Source: Nitrososphaerota archaeon
GTDB taxonomy: Archaea; Thermoproteota; Nitrososphaeria_A; Caldarchaeales; Calditenuaceae
DNA: 64,000 nucleotides
Direction of reading: 5' to 3'
NCBI GenBank assembly: GCA_033581555.1
Contig: JAVQSZ010000003.1
Span: 1 to 64,000 of the forward strand
Shown: in pieces, positions 1 to 9,374 of the stretch
Numbering within the stretch: the first letter of the stretch is position 1
Layout: every line of letters starts with the position of its first letter
Program-made: the position numbers and the translations under genes
Notes under the pieces: model-generated
Databases searched by the model: none
What the model was told of the DNA's origin: nothing
What the model saw: the letters and a program-made list of their open reading frames with translations, nothing else

Positions 1-426
1 TTATCTAATGCTCTATAAATTTTTGGTGTCGCAGCATCAAGGTGAAGGTGAAGAGGGGGTGACTTGGCGCGCACCGGTCGGGCTGAGCTCACGGTGGAAA
101 GCCTCGTCGCGGAGAGAGAGTCGCTCGTCCTAGGACGGAACGGCCCCGTACCGGCACATTCGGGTTCCGCAGCCGTCCGAATCGCTTACCTATTATTGAG
201 GTCCCAGTGTGTTTATCGTCATAAAGATGTCAGAATTGGTCCGATCAAATATGTATGCGTTCGGATATCGTCAACACCTACCTTGTGAGATGCGGGAGGT
301 TGAACATTTGGCTAATTTCGCGAAAAGTGAGGAAAAGCGAAATCGAGAAGTCAAAGGCTATTTGTTAACTGATGATTTATCCCCACTTTTGAAAATTCAT
401 ATACTACCATCTTTCGCATTCGAGGC

Positions 427-702
427 GTGACGAGGGAAGATCCATACAAATGGTACTGGAAGCGGCTTGCGCGAGCGACGCTGGTCTGGTTCGTGATCTG
501 GTTGTTCATCGCGGTGTTGATAGAGATTCCGAACCCGTACGTCTTCAGAGGGGTGAGGATTGGGTCGCTGCCACCGCTCCACTGGTACGTGCCGGCGTTC
601 ATCGTGATCGTCGCGGGCATCCTGGCGATCTTCGCCTACGCGGCCTACATGGATAAGGTCGACAGGGAGTTCATGAGAATTGCCAAGGAGGGTGAGAGGT
701 AA
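427..702 (+). CDS. small membrane subunit associated with solute:sodium symporter (DUF4212/DUF485-like)
   Basis: 91 aa, two hydrophobic segments, 'YW..' start and 'YAAYMDKVDREF' end typical of ActP partner proteins; TAATG overlap with the symporter. Confidence 0.8.
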   Translation: MTREDPYKWYWKRLARATLVWFVIWLFIAVLIEIPNPYVFRGVRIGSLPPLHWYVPAFIVIVAGILAIFAYAAYMDKVDREFMRIAKEGER

Positions 703-2471
703 TGGGTCTGGTCTCGGACATAATGTCGGACCCGAAGAGGGCGACCGGGACTGCGTTAGTGGTCTACGCGGCGGCGATCGCGTTCTCGGCGTTGGCGCTG
801 GGGACATACATCGCGTCTCTGGTGATCGTGATAGGATCGCTCTTCGTGTACTTCGTCCTAGCGCTCAGCCTCAGGAGGGCGACGGTCGAGGCCTTCTACG
901 TCGCCGAGAGGAAGATTCCGCCGGTGATCAACGGTGCCGCGACCGCGGCGGACTGGATGTCGGCCGCCTCCTACCTATCGATGGCCGGGACGATCGCGCT
1001 CTTAGGATTCGACGCCCTGATCTACATCATCGGCTGGACGCTAGGTTACACGCTGATGTCGTTCACCGTCGCGCCCTTCATCAGGCGGTCGGACACGTAC
1101 ACCGTGCCGGAGTTCATCGAGACCAGGGCCGGGCACTGGGGTCCTGCTAGGATCGTGGCAGTCATCATGCTATTCATAATGAACCTGACGTACCTCTCAG
1201 CACAGCTCTTAGGAGTCGGCGTCGTCTTCGGGAGGTTCCTGGGGATACCTGCCACCATCGGTGTCTTCGTGGGCGTCCTTGGAACGGTGCTCTATTCGTG
1301 GACGAGCGGGTGGAGGAGCATCACGTGGGTCCAGTTCCTGCAGTACATCTTCCTGATCTCGATGTATTGGACGCCGGTGCTGATCGCCTCCTATTACCTC
1401 GGGCTCTTCAGGCCGTTGCCGCACTTCGCCTACGGCGACCTGGTGTCGTCTCTCGAGGCAAAGGAGGTCGCCTACGGTCTCAGGACCTGGACCGAGCCCT
1501 TCGCGCGGCCTTTAGCCGCTGGGACCGGACAGCTGAACTGGATCATGTCCGCCGTCCTCCTGATGCTAGGGACGATGGGGTTGCCCCATATCCTGATACG
1601 ATACTACACTGTGCCGAGCATGAGGGACGCGAGGTACAGCGTCGGTTGGAGCCTTGTTTTCATCGGGCTGCTCTACGTGACCGCCTCGATATACGCCGCG
1701 ATCGCCAGGTACTCCTTCACCCAGCTCTGGGGGATGCCGGTCAAGGACGCGATGGAGGTGGACTGGGTCAAGAAGTGGCTCCCGACGGGGCTTATCACGA
1801 TCAGGGACGCCAACAACGACGGCATACTTCAGCCTGCTGAACTGACCTTCCACGGCGACATCGTAGTCGTCGGTATGCCTGACATGTTCGGTATGATCTG
1901 GATCATCTCACCCTTCGTCGCGATGGGAGGGCTCGCAGCCGCGATTAGCACCGCCGACGGCCTGCTACTGGCGATGTCGACGGGCGTCACGAGGGACATC
2001 TACAAGCGTTTCATCAACCCCCAGGTCTCAGAGAGGAGCGAGGTTTGGCTGGCGAGGGTGATACTCTGGATTATCGGCGTGATCGCTGCGATCCTCGCTG
2101 CGCAAGCGGTTGCAGACCCGAGGTTCGCGATCTACGTAGCTCTGCTCGTCGCGTGGGCGTTCGTCTTCGCGGCCTCTTCGCTGACGCCGATCATCATGCT
2201 AGGCATATTCTGGAAGAGGCTGAACAGGTACGGAATAGTCGCTGGGATGATCGCGGGCATGCTGACGGCCTTCCCGTACGTCCTGCTAGTCGGAATCTTC
2301 AACTATCCGCCGATAGAGATCGCCGGCCAGAAGATCGGGACCATCGCTTGGGGCATAATCGGGTTCTTCGCCAACCTGATCACCGCGGTCGTGGTCTCGC
2401 TGCTCACGAGGCCAGAGGGCGAGGAGGTGATGAAATTCGTGGATAAGTGCAGGACGCCCGAGATAAAGTGA
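702..2471 (+). CDS. actP: cation/acetate symporter ActP-like (SSF family)
   Basis: Many TM segments; motifs NGAATAADWMSAASYL, GTMGLPHILIRYYT, GGLAAAISTADGLLL; acs downstream. Confidence 0.88.
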   Translation: MGLVSDIMSDPKRATGTALVVYAAAIAFSALALGTYIASLVIVIGSLFVYFVLALSLRRATVEAFYVAERKIPPVINGAATAADWMSAASYLSMAGTIALLGFDALIYIIGWTLGYTLMSFTVAPFIRRSDTYTVPEFIETRAGHWGPARIVAVIMLFIMNLTYLSAQLLGVGVVFGRFLGIPATIGVFVGVLGTVLYSWTSGWRSITWVQFLQYIFLISMYWTPVLIASYYLGLFRPLPHFAYGDLVSSLEAKEVAYGLRTWTEPFARPLAAGTGQLNWIMSAVLLMLGTMGLPHILIRYYTVPSMRDARYSVGWSLVFIGLLYVTASIYAAIARYSFTQLWGMPVKDAMEVDWVKKWLPTGLITIRDANNDGILQPAELTFHGDIVVVGMPDMFGMIWIISPFVAMGGLAAAISTADGLLLAMSTGVTRDIYKRFINPQVSERSEVWLARVILWIIGVIAAILAAQAVADPRFAIYVALLVAWAFVFAASSLTPIIMLGIFWKRLNRYGIVAGMIAGMLTAFPYVLLVGIFNYPPIEIAGQKIGTIAWGIIGFFANLITAVVVSLLTRPEGEEVMKFVDKCRTPEIK

Positions 2472-2475
2472 CAAG

Positions 2476-4074
2476 ATGAGCGGCAAGACTAACAGCGACC
2501 TCCGGGATCTTATTAGACAGTTCGACAGTTTTTTGAAGCATTTCAGGGACTCTGTCTCGATAATCTATTTACCCCCGAAGACTGAGGTCAAGCTGTCCGG
2601 AAAGGTTTACGTCTACAAAGGCGTCATAAGATACAACGAGAATTTTTACGAGAGCGGCGAGAGCCTCATGGTGAGGGGCGGAGTAGTGGCAGAAGAGGAG
2701 TCGATCCTCTTGGTCGACGAGCAAAACGCGGTCCTTCCGGCCTCCTACAGGACTGAAAGCCCCATCTTCGAGGTGATAAGGGGAGAGCCTGTAACGGTCC
2801 CTGAGGGCACGACGATCAGGGAGGCGGCGAGGGTCATGACCGAGAGGTCGGTCTCTTCGGTAGTTATCGTCAGCGAGGACGGGTACCCGCTCGCGATCTT
2901 CACGGACACCGACCTCAGGAGGGCGGTCGCGAGCGGAGTCGACCTGAACCTGCCGGTGACGTACGTCTCGAGCAGGGAGCTCTTAACCGTAGAGGAGACC
3001 ACGTCGAGCCTCGAGGCCCTGATCAGGATGACAATGTCCAACGTCAAGCACCTGATCGTCGTGGACCCGAAGGGAAGACTGAGGGGTGTGGTCACGATGA
3101 GGGACATAGCCTACCGGATGGTTCCGATCCCCCTTCACACCATAAGGGACCTGAGGAGGGTCAAGTCTGCCGACGAGCTCAAGCGTCACCTGAGGGAGGT
3201 CGGCGAGTGGGCGAAGCGGGCCTCGCAGCTCATATTGAACCCCGAGGCCCCTCACCCGCTCCACCTCACGAGGGCAATCAGCTACATCAACGACGAGGTG
3301 ATGAGGATCGTGATAGGTGAGGTCGAAAGGGAGCTCGGACACCCACCCCATCCCTTCTGCGTGGCGGTCACGGGGTCTCAAGGCGTGTACGAGCAGTTCG
3401 TGGTCACGGACATGGACAACTTCATCGTCGCGGCCTACGACGACAGTTACTTCAAGGAGCTAGGGTCTAAGGTGATTGAGAGGCTGCTGGAGCTCGGGTT
3501 CCCTGCGTGCAAGGACGGCAACACGATGGACAGCCTCCAGTTCTCCGTCCGCAGGCTCGGCGAAGCGATAGAGAGGTCGGGAGAGAGGGACGTCATACTG
3601 ATGAACCTGATCTACGACGGGAGGGCGATCTACGGGCACCGGGAGCTTCTAGATAGAGCGAAGGAAGTGGTACACAGGATCGCGTCGGAGAACCGGGCCA
3701 GAGTCCTCTCGAACTCGCTCCGCTTCAAGCCGCCGCTCACGACCCTCGACCGGGTCAAGAGGACGTTCAAGCCGAAGGAGGAGGCGCTCGCGTCCCTCTC
3801 CATGCCCGTCAGGGCGGTATCGATGGTCCTGGGGGTTCAGGGCGAGACGATACCCGAGAGGATAACGGCGCTCGCCGACAGGTGGGTGATAAGCAGGGAG
3901 CTGGAGGTGAGGCTGAGGGAGGCCTACGATGTCCTCCTAAGGATCAGCGTCTGGGCCAAGTCCCAGGGCAAAGGGGAGCTCCACGCCGACGAGGTCCCGC
4001 TCAAGGACGAGCTCAAGGCGGCCTTGAGGGCCGTGAAGACGTTCCACGATAAGCTCGAGAGGGAGCCGGTGTGA
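2476..4074 (+). CDS. CBS-pair + DUF294 nucleotidyltransferase-like protein
   Basis: Tandem CBS domains (TIREAARVM...IFTDTDLR; VKHLIVVD...GVVTMRDI); Pol-beta-type motif GSQG..EQ...TDMDN; helical C-terminal domain. Confidence 0.82.
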   Translation: MSGKTNSDLRDLIRQFDSFLKHFRDSVSIIYLPPKTEVKLSGKVYVYKGVIRYNENFYESGESLMVRGGVVAEEESILLVDEQNAVLPASYRTESPIFEVIRGEPVTVPEGTTIREAARVMTERSVSSVVIVSEDGYPLAIFTDTDLRRAVASGVDLNLPVTYVSSRELLTVEETTSSLEALIRMTMSNVKHLIVVDPKGRLRGVVTMRDIAYRMVPIPLHTIRDLRRVKSADELKRHLREVGEWAKRASQLILNPEAPHPLHLTRAISYINDEVMRIVIGEVERELGHPPHPFCVAVTGSQGVYEQFVVTDMDNFIVAAYDDSYFKELGSKVIERLLELGFPACKDGNTMDSLQFSVRRLGEAIERSGERDVILMNLIYDGRAIYGHRELLDRAKEVVHRIASENRARVLSNSLRFKPPLTTLDRVKRTFKPKEEALASLSMPVRAVSMVLGVQGETIPERITALADRWVISRELEVRLREAYDVLLRISVWAKSQGKGELHADEVPLKDELKAALRAVKTFHDKLEREPV

Positions 4075-4604
4075 GCCTATTAGCCTTCGACGCCGAGTAC
4101 ACCAGCCCGAACCCGAAGGACGCGAAATTGGTGGCGTTCGCTACCGTACCCATAGAGGACGACGTGATAAGGGTCTCGAGGTCGAAGTACGTCGTGGTCT
4201 CTCGAGGTCTCGTTGGGGAGAGCGCCAAGATTCATGGGATAACCGGTCAGGACGGCGTCGACGAGCTAGAGGCGATCGAGGTCCTCTACGAGGAGGTCAA
4301 CGGGCAGACGCTCGTGGTCTTCGGGAGGATAGACGTCAACTTCCTCAAGAGGACCTTCGGGAAGAAGCTCAGGGCCAACTATGTCGACGTCGCGTACGGT
4401 TACCTGAGGTGGAGGGCTTCCCGGGAGAACCTCGAGTACGTCCTGATGAGGGAGGGGATGAACCTCACGGAGATCTGCAAGCAGTTCGGCCTCTGCGTGG
4501 GAGACTTCATCTTCCACAACTCGCTGGTGGACGCGATCCACACGGCCCTCCTGTATCTGAAACTGCGCTCAGTGGGCGTGAGCTTCAGGTTGGAGAGGGT
4601 CTAG
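4071..4604 (+). CDS. DEDDh/DnaQ-like 3'-5' exonuclease family protein
   Basis: ExoI FDAEYT, SAKIHGIT, ExoII D, ExoIII HNSLVDA; GTGA overlap with the upstream gene. Confidence 0.8.
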   Translation: MSLLAFDAEYTSPNPKDAKLVAFATVPIEDDVIRVSRSKYVVVSRGLVGESAKIHGITGQDGVDELEAIEVLYEEVNGQTLVVFGRIDVNFLKRTFGKKLRANYVDVAYGYLRWRASRENLEYVLMREGMNLTEICKQFGLCVGDFIFHNSLVDAIHTALLYLKLRSVGVSFRLERV

Positions 4605-4893
4605 GGGGCCACCTGAGCCTTGCGCTCGGCTTGAAGAGGGCCAGCGTCACCATCTTGAGCTTCTTGCCCGAATAGTCCAGGGTAATTGAGATCTTCTTCT
4701 GGCCGTCCTCATCGTAACAGAAGACCCTTCTCCTTCCGAACAGCATCCTCCTTTCATCGAAGCACCTGAGCTCCGGGACTACTATGCCCTTCGGCACCCT
4801 CACGAAGAGGTAGTAAGCGTTCTCGTCTTCGTGCCAGCGGTACGTGCCCGTCGTCCCGAACGCCCTCTCGAAGTACCTCACTAAGAACTCCAT
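4585..4893 (-). CDS. hypothetical protein
   Basis: ORF 4585-4923 with likely ATG at 4893; protein-like composition; fills the gap between the exonuclease gene and acs. Confidence 0.55.
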   Translation of the reverse strand: MEFLVRYFERAFGTTGTYRWHEDENAYYLFVRVPKGIVVPELRCFDERRMLFGRRRVFCYDEDGQKKISITLDYSGKKLKMVTLALFKPSARLRWPPRPSPT

Positions 4894-4996
4894 GGCGTCC
4901 CTCGCAGGGTGCGAAGAGTTCAACGAACTCCTCTGAGGTCAGGTGTCATATGCGTGTGTATTAAACCTTATTACTGACATACATCGTTCTTAGACC

Positions 4997-7009
4997 GTGA
5001 GCTACGAGACTTTTCAGAGCGAGCCCCTGCCGTTCGATGAGAAGATTGTCGTGAAAGGGTGGGAGAACAGGACGGTAGACGTGGAGACTTACTGGAGGTT
5101 CCATCAACTGACGACGAAGGACTTCGAGAGGTTCTGGGAGAGCGTCGCGAGCGAGATCGAGTGGTTCAGGAAGTGGGACAGGATCGTAGAGCCGGGCGAG
5201 TACCCGAACGTCTACAGGTGGTTCCCGGGATCGCTACAGAACGTCTCGTACCTATGCCTGGACAGACACGTCAGGACCTGGCGCAAGAATAAGCTCGCGA
5301 TCCTATGGGAAGGCGAACCTGTCGACGAACGCGGCGAGCCGAAGGAGGTCAGGAAGCTCACCTACTACGACCTCTGGAGGCTCACCAACAGGATCGCGGA
5401 GGGGCTCAGGAGAATCGGGGTCAAGAGGGGGTCGAGGGTCGCGATCTACATGCCTATGATACCGGAGCTCCCGGCGGTGATGTACGCCTGCGCGAGGCTG
5501 GGAGCGACCTTCACGGTAGTCTTCAGCGGCTTTACCAGCGAGAACCTCGCGATGAGGATGAGGGACCTCGGGGCGAAGTTCCTGGTCACCGCAGACGGAT
5601 TCTACAGGAGGGGTAGGGTCGTGAGGCTGAAGGAGGTCGCGGACTCGGCGTGCCAGCTCTACGACGGGGTCGAGAAGGTGGTAGTGGTCAGGAGGCTGAG
5701 GGAGGATGTGCCGATGAAGGAGGGGAGGGACGTCTTCCTCGACGACCTCCTGGCGCAGGTCCCCGTCAACGCGTACGTCGAGCCCGAGAGGATGACTATA
5801 GATGAGCCCCTCTACGTCCTCTACACCTCCGGGACCACGGGCAAGCCGAAGGGGATCATCCACGACCACCACGGTTACTCGGTCATCCTCCACGCGACGA
5901 TGAAGTGGGTCTTCGACATCAGGGACGAGGACGTCTACTTCTGTACCGCCGACATAGGTTGGGTCACTGGCCACAGCTACGTCGCCTTCGGGCCGATCAT
6001 GGAGGGAGCAACGATCGTGATGTACGAGGGCGCGCCGGACTTCCCTGGTCCTGACAGGTGGTGGAGCATCGTCGAGAGGTACGGTGCCACCGTGCTCTAC
6101 ACGACACCCACCGCGGTCCGGATGCTGATGAAGTTCGGTGAGGAGCCGGTCAGAAGGCACGACCTCTCGACGCTAAGGCTGATCCACAGCGTAGGCGAGC
6201 CCATCAACCCCTCCGCGTGGAGGTGGCTCTTCGAGGTCGTCGGGGGCAAGAGGTGTCCCGTCGGGAGCACGTGGTGGCAGACCGAGACCGGCGGCATCCT
6301 GATCAGCCACCTCCCAGGCCTGATGCTCGTGCCCTTGAAGTCCGGGACCAACGGCCCGCCCTTACCAGGGATCGAGGTCGAGGTCGTCGACGAGCAGGGC
6401 AACCCGCTCCCACCGGGCGCGAAGGGCCTTCTCGTGGTCAAGAAGCCGTGGCCTGGGATGCTGGGACCTCCGACCGGGATGTGGGGCGACCCCGAGGGGT
6501 ACAACAGGGTTTACTGGAGCAGGTTCCCGGGCGTCTACTACACCGGCGACTACGCGATTAAGGACCAAGACGGGTACATCTGGGTCGCGGGTAGGGCCGA
6601 CGAGGTCCTCAAGGTCGCTGGTCACAGGATAGGGACCTTCGAGCTCGAGTCGGCGCTGGTCTCCAACCCTGCGGTCGCGGAGGCCGCTGTCGTGGGGATC
6701 CCGGATCCCGTGAAGGGCGAGGTCCCGCTGGCCTTCGTCACCCTGAAGGTCGGATACGTGCCCTCTGAGCAGGTCAAGAACGAGCTCCTCACCTGGATAA
6801 GGGAGAGGTACGGGCCCGTCGTCGTTCCTAAGGACGTCCTCTTCGTGAGGGGCCTGCCGAAGACTAGGAGCGGCAAGATCATGAGGAGGCTTCTGCGGGC
6901 GGTCGTGATGGGCGCCCCCCTGGGCGACGTGACGACGCTCGAGGACGAGGCGACCGTGGATGAGGTCAAGAAGGCCTACGAGGAGCTGAAGGAGTACCTG
7001 CAGCGCTGA
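4997..7009 (+). CDS. acs: AMP-forming acetyl-CoA synthetase
   Basis: LYTSGTTGKPKG, TADIGWVTGHSY, WWQTETG, LPKTRSGKIMRRLL. Confidence 0.96.
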   Translation: MSYETFQSEPLPFDEKIVVKGWENRTVDVETYWRFHQLTTKDFERFWESVASEIEWFRKWDRIVEPGEYPNVYRWFPGSLQNVSYLCLDRHVRTWRKNKLAILWEGEPVDERGEPKEVRKLTYYDLWRLTNRIAEGLRRIGVKRGSRVAIYMPMIPELPAVMYACARLGATFTVVFSGFTSENLAMRMRDLGAKFLVTADGFYRRGRVVRLKEVADSACQLYDGVEKVVVVRRLREDVPMKEGRDVFLDDLLAQVPVNAYVEPERMTIDEPLYVLYTSGTTGKPKGIIHDHHGYSVILHATMKWVFDIRDEDVYFCTADIGWVTGHSYVAFGPIMEGATIVMYEGAPDFPGPDRWWSIVERYGATVLYTTPTAVRMLMKFGEEPVRRHDLSTLRLIHSVGEPINPSAWRWLFEVVGGKRCPVGSTWWQTETGGILISHLPGLMLVPLKSGTNGPPLPGIEVEVVDEQGNPLPPGAKGLLVVKKPWPGMLGPPTGMWGDPEGYNRVYWSRFPGVYYTGDYAIKDQDGYIWVAGRADEVLKVAGHRIGTFELESALVSNPAVAEAAVVGIPDPVKGEVPLAFVTLKVGYVPSEQVKNELLTWIRERYGPVVVPKDVLFVRGLPKTRSGKIMRRLLRAVVMGAPLGDVTTLEDEATVDEVKKAYEELKEYLQR

Positions 7010-7013
7010 GCTC

Positions 7014-7041
7014 GTCGGCGACCGCCGACCCACGGTTTTTT
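7014..7041 (+). terminator. putative terminator (GC hairpin + T6) after acs
   Basis: GTCGGCG-AC-CGCCGAC inverted repeat at 7014-7029, then TTTTTT at 7036-7041. Confidence 0.5.
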
Positions 7042-7106
7042 CCCTCGCCCCTTTCTCCGGTCAGGAGGTCTTCCCGGAAAGACCTTAATTTGCCGGGGAG
7101 AGCTGT

Positions 7107-8327
7107 ATGACGAAGTTGGTCAGGCTCGGCCTGATCGGCAAGACCAACACCGGCAAGACGACGTTCTTCAACGCAGCGACGCTTCAGTCGGCCGAGGTCT
7201 CGACGTACCCGTTCACCACGAAGCAGCCCAATTACGGGATCGCCCACGCGGTCACACCATGCGTAGACAAGGAGTTCGGGGTCAAGTGCAACCCGAGGTC
7301 CGCGCCGTGCGTCGACAACTGGCGTTACCTGCCCCTCGAGTTGATCGACCTCCCGGGGTTGATAAAGGGCGCCTGGGCAGGGAAGGGGCTCGGTAATCAG
7401 TTCCTCGCGGTCGCGTCCCAGTCCGACGCGCTGCTTCACGTCGTGGACGCCTCGGGGAGCGTCGACGAAGAGGGGAAGCTCACCGAGCCGGGGACTGGCA
7501 ACCCGGTCGCGGACGTCTTCGACATAGAGGAGGAGCTCGATATATGGCTGATGAAGGTGATCGAGAGGAACGATGACAGGATCTCCAAGTCAATCAAGGG
7601 AGGGAAGCCCCTCGCTGAGGCGATCGCCGAGCCCCTCAACGGCATCAGGATATATGAAGAGCACGTGGAGAAGGCGCTGAAGCTCACGGGTCTTGTGAGC
7701 AAGGACTTCGAGAACTGGAACCTCAACGACGACAGGAGGTTCGCGAAGGCCCTCAGGGAGGTCTCGAAACCGACGATCATCGTGGCTAACAAGGTCGACA
7801 TCGAGACGGCCGACAGGTTCTACCAGGAGCTGGTGGAGAAGTTCCCAGACAAGATAGTGGTCCCTTGCAGCGCCGAGGCCGAGCTGATCCTGAGGAGGGC
7901 CGAGCAGAAGGGCCTGATCAAGTACAAGCCGGGGCAGGAGAAATTCGTCATCACGGGGGGAAGCTCGCTCACGGAGCGTCAGAGGTGGGCGCTGGACGTG
8001 ATCAACGAGAGGGTCATCGGGTTATACATGAGGACGGGCGTCCAGTTCGCGATCAACGTCGCGGTCTTCAAGCTCCTGGGGATGAACACGGTATACCCGG
8101 TCTACGACGTCCAGACCCTCACCGACAGGGCAGGGAACGTCCTACCCGACGCGTTCCTCGTCCCGCCGAACGCGACCGTGAGGGACTTAGCCGAGAGGGT
8201 CCACAAGGAGCTGGCGAAGGGGCTGCTCTACGCCATCGACGCCCGCACCGGCCTGAGGGTCCCCGCGGACCACAAGCTGAAGGACCGGGACGTGATCAAG
8301 ATCGTCTCGGCGACAGCGCACGGCTGA
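7107..8327 (+). CDS. OBG-family YchF/Ygr210-like NTPase with TGS domain
   Basis: GKTNTGKTTFF, YPFTT, DLPGLIKGA..GKGLGNQFL, NKVD, C-terminal TGS. Confidence 0.9.
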   Translation: MTKLVRLGLIGKTNTGKTTFFNAATLQSAEVSTYPFTTKQPNYGIAHAVTPCVDKEFGVKCNPRSAPCVDNWRYLPLELIDLPGLIKGAWAGKGLGNQFLAVASQSDALLHVVDASGSVDEEGKLTEPGTGNPVADVFDIEEELDIWLMKVIERNDDRISKSIKGGKPLAEAIAEPLNGIRIYEEHVEKALKLTGLVSKDFENWNLNDDRRFAKALREVSKPTIIVANKVDIETADRFYQELVEKFPDKIVVPCSAEAELILRRAEQKGLIKYKPGQEKFVITGGSSLTERQRWALDVINERVIGLYMRTGVQFAINVAVFKLLGMNTVYPVYDVQTLTDRAGNVLPDAFLVPPNATVRDLAERVHKELAKGLLYAIDARTGLRVPADHKLKDRDVIKIVSATAHG

Positions 8328-8385
8328 GGTTCCACGGGGCCGATCGTTGTAACCTTTTATGAGGCAGGGAGGCCCAGAGCGGGGA

Positions 8386-9186
8386 ATGTCCGTTCTGAGG
8401 AAGGAGGGCTTCCCGAGGGAGGGCGAGCTGGTGGTGGCCACGGTGAAGAGGGTCGAGAGGCACGGCGCGATCGTCGCGCTGGAGGAGTACGACGGCCTCG
8501 ATGCCTTCGTCCACGTCTCGGAGATCTCGCTGAAGTGGGTGAGGAACATCACGGACTACCTCAGGGTGGGGCAGAGGGCGGTCCTGAAGGTGATCAGGAG
8601 CAACCCGGAGACCCTTCAGGTCGACGTCAGCCTGCGCAGGGTCTCGAACAAGGAGAGGGAGGAGAAGATGATAGAGTGGAGCAGGAAGGTGAAGGCCGCC
8701 AGGTTGATAGAGGCTGTCGCGAAGGAGACGAACACGCCGATGCACGTCGTCGAGCAGGGACTGGTTCAGCCGTTGAGGGAAAGGGGGATCAACGTCTACT
8801 CCTTCCTCGAGGAGCTAGCGATGGGTGAGCCCCTTCCTGGCTGGATCAAGGTCCCGGAGGCTTTCGCGGCCAAGCTCGCCGAGAAGTGCGCGAGGGACCT
8901 CAAGAGGCCGGTCCACGTCGCGAAGGCCGTCGTCAAGCTCTCCTCGAGGAGAGGAGGGGTCGACGCGATCAGGAGGGCGGTGGAGGAGGCGATCTCCGTG
9001 GACCCGAGGTCGGTGAGGATCACGGTCATCGGCTCTCCGAGGTTCTTCGTGAGGGTCGAGGGCAGGAGCCCCGAGGAGGCCGAGTCGAGGCTCAGGGCCT
9101 GCGTCGAGAGGATGAGGGCCGTCCTCACGAACGAGGGCGACGTCGTCGAGGTCCTGCCCGCCGCGGAGGCGAAGGAGAAGAAGTGA
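8386..9186 (+). CDS. eif2a: translation initiation factor aIF2 alpha
   Basis: S1 domain FPREGELVVATV...HVSEIS..WVRNI, VDVSLRRV; ATG at 8386. Confidence 0.93.
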   Translation: MSVLRKEGFPREGELVVATVKRVERHGAIVALEEYDGLDAFVHVSEISLKWVRNITDYLRVGQRAVLKVIRSNPETLQVDVSLRRVSNKEREEKMIEWSRKVKAARLIEAVAKETNTPMHVVEQGLVQPLRERGINVYSFLEELAMGEPLPGWIKVPEAFAAKLAEKCARDLKRPVHVAKAVVKLSSRRGGVDAIRRAVEEAISVDPRSVRITVIGSPRFFVRVEGRSPEEAESRLRACVERMRAVLTNEGDVVEVLPAAEAKEKK

Positions 9187-9374
9187 GGATCAGGAGATGC
9201 GGGAGGTGCGGGAGGTACACGTTGAGGCCGGAGTGCCCGGCCTGCGGATACCCCACCTCTTCTCCACATCCGCCGCACTTCAAGGAGGGGAGCCCGGTGC
9301 TCGACGAGATGGCGAGGGCGGTTGTCGAGAGGTGGAGGGCCGAGGGCGCGAGGACTGGAGGGGACGGCGAGTGA
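9183..9374 (+). CDS. nop10: H/ACA RNP protein Nop10
   Basis: IRRCGRCGRYTL..CPACG.PT..PHPPHF; GTG overlaps the aIF2a stop, conserved gene order; lies inside track ORF 8886-9374. Confidence 0.9.
   Translation: MRIRRCGRCGRYTLRPECPACGYPTSSPHPPHFKEGSPVLDEMARAVVERWRAEGARTGGDGE

Noticed and set aside
64-430. Short ORFs 64-288 and 209-430
   Set aside because: Atypical codon usage and no motifs; more likely regulatory DNA.
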